64,000 nucleotides of DNA, taken from the NCBI GenBank assembly GCA_042584585.1, contig JBHOSQ010000002.1, positions 32,001 to 96,000 of the forward strand. The letters run 5' to 3'. Shown here piece after piece: positions 1-11,800 of the stretch; position 1 is the stretch's first letter; the number at the start of each line of letters is the position of its first letter. The translations under genes were made by a program, and so were the position numbers. The notes beneath the pieces are model-generated. The model was not told the origin of the DNA and did not search any database. It saw nothing but the letters and a program-made list of their open reading frames with translations. The stretch comes from an archaeon (lineage in GTDB: Archaea > B1Sed10-29 > WALL01).

Positions 1-1
1 C

Positions 2-376
2 ACGCTCCTGGCGTTCCAGCTCGTGCCCCCCGCGACCATCGCGGAAAAAATCGGGGAAACCATCCTCGACATCCCACCCGCCTCAGGCGTTACCACGCGG
101 TCCATTGAAGGCGTCGGAGAGCTCACGGAAAGCTTTGACTCAAACGACGTGGCGACCGAAGTAAAAGCGCTCGCCAAAGAACGCAACCGAAACCAATACA
201 AAGCATTTAGCGGCAGCCAAATCGAATTTATATCATTCGGCTGCACGCCATGCACCAGCGGGGAACTCACAATCGAAAGCGGCGAAGTTACAGTCCTACA
301 GCCAACCATGATACGATACAGCGTGAAGTACGCAGGCGACAGGTACCAGGTGGCATTCAGTGACGCAAACATCTAA
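2..376 (+). CDS. 5'-truncated protein, probably pilin-like/surface protein
   Basis: The frame is open from the window edge (TLLAFQLVPPATI...) and has a hydrophobic remnant at its start and a CxxC. It overlaps the next prepilin gene. The product is inferred from context only. Confidence 0.5.
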   Translation, partial: TLLAFQLVPPATIAEKIGETILDIPPASGVTTRSIEGVGELTESFDSNDVATEVKALAKERNRNQYKAFSGSQIEFISFGCTPCTSGELTIESGEVTVLQPTMIRYSVKYAGDRYQVAFSDANI

Positions 377-839
377 AGGGTCAATCGGAATAGAATTCGT
401 CGTAGCCACCGCCCTCTTCCTGGTCGCGTTCTGGTTCATCTACTTCCAAAGCGCACTCATGCTCACGCCCCAAATGCAGAGGAGCGACGTCCGCGAAATC
501 GCGGTAGAATTCTACTCCAGCACACTGATTGCCAGCCCCGGCGAGCCGGAAAACTGGGCCGCCAGCCCCACGCAACTAGGGTTCGCGGACATGGTGAGCG
601 GCTCGTCAACCCCAGGAGTGCTTAACAAGACCAAGCTTGATTGGGCGGACGGCCAAGACTGCGATAGTTACAACACTACCATGGCCGGAATGGAATTCGC
701 GTGGAAGGTCACCACGTCAGTGGCCACGTGGGAATGCAACACCGACATACCCAAAGTCGGAGTAATCAAGCGGCCGGTAATCGTGTACTGGAGCGGATGG
801 GCTTACCGCGCCGGCACAATGGAGGTGTGGGCGGCATGA
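360..839 (+). CDS. Class III signal peptide (prepilin-like) protein
   Basis: N-terminus SKG|SIGIEFVVATALFLVAFWFIYF: KG cleavage motif, Glu at +5, hydrophobic helix. The SPGEPENW motif is common in archaeal pilin-like proteins. Confidence 0.8.
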   Translation: MTQTSKGSIGIEFVVATALFLVAFWFIYFQSALMLTPQMQRSDVREIAVEFYSSTLIASPGEPENWAASPTQLGFADMVSGSSTPGVLNKTKLDWADGQDCDSYNTTMAGMEFAWKVTTSVATWECNTDIPKVGVIKRPVIVYWSGWAYRAGTMEVWAA

Positions 840-1240
840 AGAAAGGGTTCATGCGCATCCTCGAGGTCCTGATAGTGATAATGCTGCTGTTTACATTGAT
901 GACAGCGGTGGTGAAGCAAAACCCCCCCACGTCAATGGCGACGAACCTTCGGGTGCTGCAAAGGCACGCGACAGACTCGTCCAACATGATGTGCAACTGC
1001 GACAGGGCAGTAGCGATTTTCATGAGCGCGGCGTCCATGAACTGGGTTACCAGCACAATGACCTACGCCCTTCCCGAAGACATTCAATATAGCTTAATAG
1101 TAGTAAATATAACCTCCGGCGATATAATTAAGTCGTCCGGCGGAAACCTGCCTGAGACGGGCGATATCGCGACGGCAAGCTGCTCAGTCACGCGCTGGGG
1201 CCTGCCGCCAAGACAAGTAGTGGTGAGAACATGGAGATAG
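836..1240 (+). CDS. Class III signal peptide (prepilin-like) protein
   Basis: True start is probably the ATG at 836 (ATGA overlap with the upstream stop), not 701. MKKG|FMRILEVLIVIMLLFTLM is a typical prepilin leader. Confidence 0.8.
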   Translation: MKKGFMRILEVLIVIMLLFTLMTAVVKQNPPTSMATNLRVLQRHATDSSNMMCNCDRAVAIFMSAASMNWVTSTMTYALPEDIQYSLIVVNITSGDIIKSSGGNLPETGDIATASCSVTRWGLPPRQVVVRTWR

Positions 1241-2448
1241 GAACAAAAGGACAATTCTATATTTTGATTCTGGTGTTTATGATCTCGGTAGTCGTGGGGG
1301 TTGCTTACTTCACGACCGAGTCAAAACAACTGGAACAAGAAACGGACATCGAGCAGGAGCCAATGCTGCAGACGATTATGGACGGCTACGAGTCAGAGCT
1401 GAAGGCATCCATCGAAGGCGGGCTCTACAGCGGAAACCCCGCGTTCTACCAAGAGGTAGAGGCCAAGCTCACCACCCAAGCCGCCCAAAAAGGCTACGGG
1501 TTTACTTCTGACTGCACTCGGACCCCAATCAATAGCTACAGCGAGCAAATCGACTGTGACATCGAGCTCTCGGTGGGCGAGAACGTTTTGACGACGAGCT
1601 TTTCCCACACCTATGCCGTGGAATTCGGGATAGAGCTGTACGCGGACGAGGACTACACCCACAAAACCACTTACTACGCGCCCGGCGACACGATTTATTA
1701 CCGCGTGACGTCGCCCGCGCCCAGCGACACCAACGTGACCATCAACTACCCGGACGACCAGGAAAAAGAGAAGCAGGAAAAAAGCGGCACAGGCTTCGCG
1801 AACTTCGCTACGTTCGGAACCATTGACGTGGACGAGACCACGGGCGAGTGGGAAATATCGCTGGACAGCTCGGCCGACTCCATGAGCACAGCGTTTTACG
1901 TCCAGGAGTCCGTCGTCGACATCACCACGTACGACTCAAGCTGGATTCCCCAGGACACGTTCAACCGCGGCGAAGAAGTCAAGTACCGCATCGTCGTGTC
2001 GCCTTCCGCGAACGTTTACATGGACGTCACCGCCGGCGGGCAGGACAGGGACTACGACTGGTGGAGCGATGCCCCATCAACGCTGCACGAGTCCAGCTTT
2101 GTGGTGAGCTCGGTGGAGAGCTCGGGCACCGTTTTGACTTTGACGGCGATTGAGGACGGCTACTTCGGCGAGGCGTCGGTGAACATCACTGTTTTGTACG
2201 TGCCGTACGGCGCGTTCATTCCAGTGGACCTGGAGTACGAGCACGTTCCGTTTGACGCGTTCAAGACCTCGTGTGGGTACGAGGAGTGGTACGCCGGAAC
2301 CACGACTAACAACAGCGGCGTGCCGTTCGACTGCGTGCCGACGGGCGACGCGGTGGTGCGCGTTGCGAACGAAGTCGAAGTGATTAGTGTTCCACACGTT
2401 TACGCAGACAAACTCCATATTCTTAGCTCGAGGTGTGACGATTGCTGA
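1231..2448 (+). CDS. Large prepilin-like protein with Ig-like repeats, ending in a half beta-sandwich domain
   Basis: Leader TKG|QFYILILVFMISVVVGVAYF. Two similar Ig-like units (YYAPGDTIYYRV / TFNRGEEVKYRI). C-terminal FIPVDL...GVPF...DKLHIL segment (see findings). Confidence 0.8.
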   Translation: MEIGTKGQFYILILVFMISVVVGVAYFTTESKQLEQETDIEQEPMLQTIMDGYESELKASIEGGLYSGNPAFYQEVEAKLTTQAAQKGYGFTSDCTRTPINSYSEQIDCDIELSVGENVLTTSFSHTYAVEFGIELYADEDYTHKTTYYAPGDTIYYRVTSPAPSDTNVTINYPDDQEKEKQEKSGTGFANFATFGTIDVDETTGEWEISLDSSADSMSTAFYVQESVVDITTYDSSWIPQDTFNRGEEVKYRIVVSPSANVYMDVTAGGQDRDYDWWSDAPSTLHESSFVVSSVESSGTVLTLTAIEDGYFGEASVNITVLYVPYGAFIPVDLEYEHVPFDAFKTSCGYEEWYAGTTTNNSGVPFDCVPTGDAVVRVANEVEVISVPHVYADKLHILSSRCDDC

Positions 2449-2825
2449 AAGTAATTAGTGTATTGTTATTGGCAGCCCTTTTGGTTGGCTGTACAAACAC
2501 GGAGGAAGCCCCGGAGCCGACGGCAACGCTGGAGCCATTCGTGTCCCCCACGCCAGGGACATCAACAGCCACGGCAACACCAACAGCCACACCCGAGCCA
2601 ACGCCAATTCCCATTCCAACTAAAACATTCACCACGCAGTACGAAGTCTGTGAAGACCTTACTGAAACATGGTACTGCCTCACCGACAACGGCCTTGTGA
2701 CGTGCACGCTCACGGGCATCAACGCGCCGAGCTACACGCCCAGCGAAATCACAGTTACGTGCTTCAACTTCGACTCACTCGAAGAAACAGAAGAATTCGT
2801 TATACGTGTAGGTGATTCCCAATGA
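2442..2825 (+). CDS. Lipoprotein with Pro/Thr-rich linker and small Cys-containing domain
   Basis: Lipobox LLAALLVG|C. TATATPTATPEPTPIPIPT linker. TTG start preceded by GAGGTG. ATGA overlap with the next gene. Confidence 0.75.
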   Translation: MLKVISVLLLAALLVGCTNTEEAPEPTATLEPFVSPTPGTSTATATPTATPEPTPIPIPTKTFTTQYEVCEDLTETWYCLTDNGLVTCTLTGINAPSYTPSEITVTCFNFDSLEETEEFVIRVGDSQ

Positions 2826-5800
2826 AATGGCTCTTTGTTTTTGTTATAGCACTGCTATTGGTGACTGTGACAGTCGAGGCACTGGGCACGGAAATAACGC
2901 TCAAAACCAGCTACGCCAGCGCCGACTCGCCCGGGGGCGGCCCAGGCGCGAAAAACGTGTGGCGGGACCGCGATGGATTCTACCACATTATTTTCCATGA
3001 TGGCACGAACGACAAGCTCTACTATACTTACAGCACTTCAACCGAGCCGACGAGCGCGGCCCACTTCATTACGCCGGTAATCATCTTTAATAGCGCGGAG
3101 AGGGGCTCGATGTGGCTCGACGTCTCGAGTGGCATCATCCACCTCGCTTATGCCGAAGTAGACGCGAGCCCGAGGCTAGTCTACGCAAAATGCGACACTG
3201 ACGTCGGGTGCACTAGTGGCTGGACCTCGGTCGGCACAATTTACAACGGCCAGACCTATGGCTTGGCGAGCATCGTGTACCAGCAGTACACCGACATGGT
3301 AACGCACTACATAACGCACTTCGTCTACGTAAAAGACACACTGCGGTACCGGGTTTACTACCGGGATTACGACACCGCTAGAATCTCGCCGTACTGGGGC
3401 ACCGAGCAGATAGTCGACAACCTCCCGAGCGGCACCACGCAGCGCTACGTCCACCCCAGCATCGACAGGGACACCAGCGGAAGGATACACTTAGTCACCC
3501 GGACGTGGGTTGACGGCGGTGCACTCAGCACCAGAAAATGCTTGTACACCGCATCGACGGACGCCGGCCAGACCTGGAAAAACCTTGCCGGGTCAGTCGG
3601 GTACAACGACCTGCTCAGCAGCAACTACGTAGAAGCCTGCTCCATAAATGTCCCATCCCCCGCCAAAAGCTCGAGCTACCAAGTGCCACACGTCGCGATT
3701 GAAGGGGCCAGCAGCCACACCCAGTGGCACACGAAAGGAAGCGCGCTGACCGGAGGCACGTGGAGCACCCCATGGAGCTACTACACCAGCTATGCGAACT
3801 GGGGGAACCTAGGGAGCGACATCAACGGCAACACGTTTTATAGTTATTCTAGACGGAACGGCGTCGTCGGCTATGTCTACGCCAGGCAGCGAAACAACGC
3901 GGGGGCCTGGCAGACCCAAGACACACTACACGCCAGCGGCAACAGCGCGCACCAAGTGATGGAGGCGCACGCGCCGCTCTGCAGCCGGGGCGACATCGGC
4001 GTGCTCTACGGAGCCACGGGAACCAGCACCCTTTACTTCCGCACGATAGACGGCGCGTACAGCGAATGCAACACCCCGCCCACGCTCAGCAGTGTCACGG
4101 TCTCAACAGACCCAATCCAGGGTGGGGGCGAACAAACAGTGACTCCAAGCGGCCAAGGCGACGCGGACTCTGACCCGCTGAAGTTTGTATGCTGCATCGG
4201 AGAAGGAGCGTCATGCACGCCCACGACCGGGAACACCGTCTGTAATGAAGGGCAGACCACGTACTCATCCCCGTACTCGTCCATGACGTGCACGTACGAC
4301 GCTACTGCCGGGGCAACCCAAAGTGAAGCCGCGTACTGCCGCACGTACGACGGCACTGAATACCACATGGAAGTTGGTGGCGCAAACGACGCTTATGACG
4401 TTGACTCAGACGCGCCAGTGACGACTGACAACGGGGTCGCCGACAACTGTTACGGTGGGGACTGGAGCTTAACTCTCTCACCGACCGACGCTGGTGCCGC
4501 AAGCGTTGACTGGACCAAGTACTGCGTCGACGATGTGTCCAACGACTGCACGCCAAGCACGACTGGGACTTCGGTGCCAACTGACTGTGGCGCCGGCAAC
4601 GCGTGTGACGTCTACGTGCGCTACCAATCACAGGACACGGTCGGCAACCTTGAGAGCGTGAAGTCCAGTGGAAACATTAGCATCGACCGCGCGCCCCCGA
4701 ACCCGTCAAGCATCACTGGCATAGTGCCAAGCGCGGGCCAGCTCGCCGTTACCGCGTCGCAGGTTACGGACGTTGGGTGCTGGGGCGACAACTGGTACTA
4801 CTTTACTTGTGCATCCGGCGCGTGCAACGACCGGACATGGACACTGAACGACTGGACCCACACCGACGTGGGGCTCGCCCCAGCAACGGAATTCTGTTAC
4901 ACCATTACAGTGAGAGACGGCGCGACCAACACAGGCAGCGCGTCTTCACAAGTGTGTGGCATCACGCCCGGGAACCAGCCAACGAGCATGTCGGCGACTG
5001 CGTCCATAGCCGCGCCGCTTAACTCGGAAAGAGGCAACGTTGACTTGTCGTGGAGCGCGAACAGCAACCCCGGCGGAACTATATACTCAATAGAGCGCGA
5101 CCAGGCCTGGATTGCAAACACGACGAGCACGACGTATACTGACACGGCCGGCAGCGACAACACGGAGTACTGCTACCGCGTGCGCGCGGCGCACCCGAGT
5201 GGCTCATACGGAAGCTACAGCACGGAAGAGTGCGCGATGACCGCTGACCGCACTTCCCCCGCGACGCCCAGTCTGACTGCGGCCGCGGACAACGTGCTGA
5301 ACCAAGTAAACTTGAGTTGGGACCAGGGCGACGACAACTTGGTCGGCTACTGGCCGTTCGAGGAAGGCAGTGGCTCATCAACTGATGACTGGAGCCCGGC
5401 CGGCGGCGACGGCACGCTGCAGGGCCCGGACTGGATTAGTGGGCAATACGGGCGGGCGCTGGACTTCGTGCTCGCAAACACGGATTACGTTGACGTGCCT
5501 TCGGGGGCGTTGCTGGACCTAAGCGCCGGGACCAACAGCTTCACAATAGTCGGGTGGATAAATCCGGACCTGTCGCAAGACGTTGGGCCGATTATTTCCA
5601 CGAGGGACGTGATAAACGGCGTGGTGACCAAGGGCTACGGATTCGAGACCAACATAAACACCGCGAACGGCATGAAGGTGAACAGCCTACGGCTGGTGCT
5701 CGGCACTCCAGCGTGGAAGTGGAACGTGTGGGGCTCGGAAACAAACAGCCTCGTGCCGGGGTCGTGGCAGCACGTCGCGGTTGTGGTGACCGGCACTAAT

Positions 5801-8800
5801 ACGGCGTCGAAGACAGTGCAGTTCTACATCGACGGCGTCGAGTCCAATACATATTACTGGACAGCAAGCACAGAAACAGATGTATTGCTTTGGGGTGACA
5901 ATCCGTTGTCGAACCGCATCGGCGGGTACTATCCCGCGACTTACCCACCGTATGGCGTCGGCTACTTCGACGGAAGCATTGACGAGTTAAGGGTTTATGC
6001 CGGCAAAGCGTTCACGCAAGAAGAAATATTCAACGACATGGAGTCAGGGCTAATCACGCACGGCGTGCACAGGGGCGCGACTTCCTGGGAGTACGGGCCG
6101 GCCGACGGGCTAGCCGACAACTTCAGCGACGGAGACTACACAAATGACCCCACGTGGACCGTGCCCGTTGGCACCTGGGCCGTGAGCTCGGAAAAACTGA
6201 CACAATCATTCACGGGCGGCGGCTGGACAAAGATAACCGCCGGGAGCTCCAGTTGGGACGACTACGTGTTTTCTGTCAAAGTAAAGCCAACCACCATCAC
6301 TGAGACGTATCCAAACGTTGGTCTCATGTTGAGGGCGCAGAACTCTAACACGTACTACGGTATCTTCCACCACCAAGACGACAACACGTGGAGAGTTTAT
6401 GACTACCAAGATGCCGCGTACATATTCACGTCAAGCGCAATGAGCCTAGCCATGAACGAATGGCACGAGCTGAAGGCAAAAGTAGTGGGAGACAACCTCA
6501 AGTTCTATGTCGACGGAGTGCTGGTCGCGGACCTAACGGACAGCACAATGTCCACAGGGTACATCGGCCTGCTGACGCTGTACACCGCCGCAGAATTTGA
6601 CGACATCAAAGTAACACCGCTCATCGCTGACGACGAGTACGGGGACAGCGGCGCGGCAGATACCACTGCACCGAACAACGGCGCGACGCCCACGATTGAC
6701 CAAATCGCGATTAACAGCATGCGCGTGAACTGGGGCACGTCCGCGGACAACGGCAACACCTGGTACCACTACATCACGGCCTTCGACGACGAAGGCAACG
6801 AAGACAACATTTTCCACGACGGGGGATGCGAGAAGGGCACGAACCCATGCTACTTCAAGGCTGGGAGCCTCGTCAGCAGCGGGTACACAGTGGACAGCTC
6901 TGTCGCGTACACTGGTGGATACTCTGTCCGGCAGGACACCTCCTCAAGCACCAAGTACTTCGGCTCGGACTTCATCATAGGCACTGACATTGAGCCGAAC
7001 ACAGACTACATCGCAGAGTGCATGGTGAAGACTGCTTTGTCCGCGGGATACGCGAGGATATACCCAGAGCACCAGTTTACGACCCTGCACTTCAACAGTG
7101 TGAGCGGCACAACAGACTGGACGAGGATACACACGTCATTCACCTCCGGTGCCTCGGGCGACGTGCGCCTCCTCCGGTACACAATGGGGACCGCCACCGG
7201 CCAAACGTGGTGGGACGACTGCACGCTCCACAAGCTCACTGAGACCACAGTTACTACCGGCGTTGGCTCGGACGACTATTATGTCTACAACACAGTCGGC
7301 AGCGGCGATGGTGGGACGAACAGTAGTTGGCAGGCGACCCCCTACACCGACACCAGTCTGTCGGCTAACACTCAATACTGTTACAAGGTCCGCGCAAGAG
7401 ACAATGCGGGAACGCCGAATGTCGGCGACTTCGGCTCGCAGACGTGCAAATGGACCCTCCCGGAAGACCCTGACGCCATCTGCACGTCCGGCCACGTGGC
7501 TGGCACATGGAGCAGCAACAACGACCCCTCCTTCACCATCGACGGCGATGCAAACGCGTACCACTACGATTGGAACGGCGCGTCAAGCGACACGATTACC
7601 ACCGGTGACTCGACAATCACAAGCCCACACACGTTCACGGACACCGCGGACGGCACTTGGTACCTGCACCTCATAAGCGCGAACCCAGACGGCGCAGTCA
7701 ACCCCGGGGGCACGCAAACATTCTCGGTCGGCGGGTGGAAGATAGACGCCACTGCGCCGACATCAGTCAGCACAAGCGGGGGCACGGCGGGCTGGCAGAA
7801 CACCGCCGCAAGCGCGGGCGTCTCGTGCAGCGACGCGACCAGCGGGTGCGACACAAGCACTTATAGAGTATACAACCGCGGGAGCGCGGGGGCGTGTGAC
7901 ACCAACTACGCAACTTACACGCAAACAGTGCCGTACTCCGTCACGAGCCAGCAGTGGATATGCGCCGCGGCAAAAGACAACGCGGGCAACGTAAAGTACC
8001 AAGGCACCGCAACCGAGTTCCAGGTCGACATGCTTGACCCCACCACGAGCGACAACGCGGACACGGTGACGTGCCACAACATCGACCAAACAGTGACGCT
8101 GACTCCAGGAGACACCGGCGGGTCAGGGCTCGCGGACACTGATTACTGCGTTGACACCGGGAACTCTTGCACCCCGACCACAAGTGGCACAAGCGCGAGC
8201 GTCACGTGCGCCGACGGCGGCTATTGCCAGCAGTACGTGAGGTACTTCTCTACTGACACAGCGGGCAACACCGAGACAGTGAACTCCGTGGGCACCATAA
8301 AAATCGACAAGGCTCCGCCGAGCACGCCGAGCATCACCGTGATAACGCCCGGCAGCCAGCAAATTGCGCTCACGTCAAGCGTTGTGAGTGACGTTGGCTG
8401 TGAAGGCGGAGTACAGTACTACTTTGACTGCGTGTCCGGTGCTTGTAACGACCGGACCTGGGCGTCCGGGAACACTTACACCGACACTGGCTTGGCCGAT
8501 AATACTTACTACTGCTACAAAGTCAAGGCAAAAGACGCGAACAACAAAGAGACTGTGCTGTCCGCCCAACAATGCGCGTGGACCACCACTCCCGCGCCGA
8601 CGCTGGACTCCGTGACTGCGGAGGAGGACGGCCTGCTAGTCGCACAGAAGGACAGCCTTCTTATTGACTGGACAGGCAACGGCGCCACTTCGTACGACCT
8701 CGAGAGGACGACAGACACCACGACCGTTTACTCAGGCGGCAACACGGACTACACAGACCTAAACCTCGACGACAACAGCGAGTACTGCTACCACGTGCGG

Positions 8801-11800
8801 GGCGTTGACGGCGGAGGCACGCCAGGCAGCTGGTCAAGCACAGTGTGCGGGATTAATGCCGACCGCACCGGGCCCACGAGCCCGGTCTACAACGCGACCG
8901 GAACACAGGGCAATCCGGCGACTGACTGCGTGCACATTCTTGAAGAAAGGGGAGCGGTGGCGAGCGGCGTGTACTGGATTGACCCACTGCAGGACGGCGG
9001 GGGATTCGAAGTATACTGTGACATGCTTACTGACGGCGGCGGCTGGACGCTCGTGGACAACGACGCGGTCAACGCAGAAGTATTCCTTTCCCGTGAGCCA
9101 ATAGCGAACACCGACCCCGGAATAACAGCTGGCAAGTATTTGCAGGAGTGGGCGTGGGGCCCACAGCCAAGGCTCATGGTCAAGAGCTCAGTGTACAATG
9201 GAGACTTGAACTGGGTTACGTTGATTCCGTTGACTGCGTTTGCCAACGAGTACCCGACCGTGACCACTCAGCCGACCAGCGAGCCAGACGCGTGGGCGGC
9301 GGACAAGCTGAACGGCAACATGTGGAACGACGGCGGCTCCTGGATTTACTCCGGGTCAGGAAGGTTTGGCTCGGTGTGGATTGGGAACGGCGGCGCGCCC
9401 ACCGCAGCGTGCAACTACGCAAGCACGAAAGTGAGTGGGCTCGGCACGTACGCCAACGGTGACGTCTCGACGTGCTCTACTTGGGTGCGGCCGCGTGACC
9501 CACCAGTGCCCGCGAACAGTGTTTCGTTCGAGTGGACCCAGGGCGACTCGAACCTAGTGCTTTACATGCCGTTCGAGGAAGGCACTGGAGCGGCGACGGA
9601 CGACTGGAGTTCCAGCGAAAACGACGGCACGAAGATTGGGACCTGGACAACAGGGAATACAGACACATACACTGGAGGCGCACTGAACTTTGGCGGCAGT
9701 AGCGAGTATGTAAATATTCCGTACGACGCGAGCCTTGCACCCGACCAGCTGACGGTCATGGCGTGGTTCAACGCGGACGCCTTTGTCAACAACCAGAGAA
9801 TAGTCTCGAAGACAGAGGGTGGCGGATACCAGTTAAGCATTAACGAAGCGGCCTGCCCCGGAGAAGTATGCATGCTCGTCCATACTGGGAGCTATCACGT
9901 TGTCAGCTACGCACATTCAAACTTGAACACTGGCCAATGGCATCACATGACAGGAACATACGACGGCAGTACCGCGAAGCTGTACATAGACGGCGTTGAA
10001 GTAGACTCCAACTCAAACCCCAGCGGCAACATTGTGTACAACGCGAACAACCCCTTGTGCGTCGGGGCTGAAGCCACTTCAAACAGCTGCGGCGGCGGGT
10101 ACCAATTCCTTGGAGAAGTCGACGAAGTCCGCGTGTACGACACGGCACTCACGCAGCGCGAGATAATCGATGCGATGCAGTCGGGTGTAATAGGCCACGG
10201 AGTGCTGCGGGCCGACAACAATGCAGGAGGCGCCACGTACACGCCTGTCGGCGGGCTGATTAGCGCCACCAGCGGCACACTCGCGCCAGAAGACTATGTT
10301 CAAGACTTCTGGCTGGAGTTCGACTCCATGGAAGACGTGAGCGGCGGCGAGGCGTGGGAAGTGCAGTTCAAGGACGGTGGCGCCTTTGAGTACATTGTCG
10401 ACAGGACATCGCTCACCAATGTGCGGCTGCAGAACACTGCTTGCGGCGGCACGCAGCAATCATTCACCGCGCCAATCGGCCAAGGAGTGTGGGAAAACAT
10501 AGACATAATCAAGCACGGCGCCGACATTATGATTTATCAGGACAACGTATTCGTCGGCGAGACGACCCTCCAGTCCTGCAACGACCCATTCGACACAATC
10601 ACAATCAGCGGCGAAGGAATGAAGAACATCAGGCTCGTGCCGTTCAACTACGACAACGAGATTACCGACACGGTTGCAAAGGACGAGACCGGGCCCAACA
10701 CGCCAAGCGCGCCGACTGTCACGGCGGTGTCAACCAGCAGCCTGAGTGTTGATTGGACTGAGGTCACGGACAACGGCGACGACTGGTTCCACGTTGTTAC
10801 TGCATGGGACGACAACGGGAACGACGACAACATACTCAACAACTGGCCCAGCATCAAGGAGTACTACGGGCTTGCGGGATATCCCTTCTGGAGCGACGCC
10901 ACGCTCCGCAGCAGCGGGCGCGTTGAGCCCGGTGAAAGGATAATGATACAGTTCTACGAAAAGCTCCACCCCCTCTCGGCCGCGGACAGTGACTGGGTGA
11001 GCTGCTACATATATGAAACCGGGCCATGGGCAAACTCGTGCAGCGACTCAAGCGCCGCCACAACATGGGACTGGGGACAGTGCAACCGCATCGTGGGCAC
11101 TGGCGGCACGGACTACGTGGTCGGCTGCTACCACGGGCCCAACAACGAGCACACCGCAGACGGCGCATATGTGCGGGACCTACGGCTCCGCAAAGTCCAC
11201 GAGGAAACCGTCATCACAAACACAAAAGACTACTACGTCGCCGGGACGAGCCTGAACGCGTGGTACACGAGCGGCGCGCAGGCCGCGGGCAGCCTCTCGA
11301 GCAACACGCAGTACTGTTACACTGTCAAGGCGCGGGACAACGGGCTCAACGAGGGAACGGCGAGCGGCTCCGGGTGCAAGTACACCTTGCCGGTCGACCC
11401 GACGTTCTCGGTGAGCCACACCGCGAGCCAATGGAGCGCGGACGACACCGTGGAATTCACGGTCAGCAACTCGGACGGCGCTACTTACTACTACGTTTGG
11501 GACCAGAACCCGGGGACAAACCCAACCGGTGGGACCACGTGGGACGGGACACTGCTCACCAAGACCGCGACTGCGGACGGCAACAACTGGTACCTCCACG
11601 TTGTGGCGGAAAACCCGGACAACGCCCAAAACCCGAATGGCGCAGAGCACCTCGGGCCGTACTTCATTGACACGACCGGGCCGTCGAGTGTTAGTACAAC
11701 TGGCGCCCCGGCGGGATGGCAGAACACTGACGCCAGTGCGAGTGTTTCGTGCAGCGACGCGAGCAGCTTGTGCGACTCGGCGACTTACAGGGTTTACAAC

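Noticed and set aside
2446-2454. TGA after CDDC as selenocysteine or readthrough
   Set aside because: A TAA follows two codons later in the same frame, so readthrough adds nothing.
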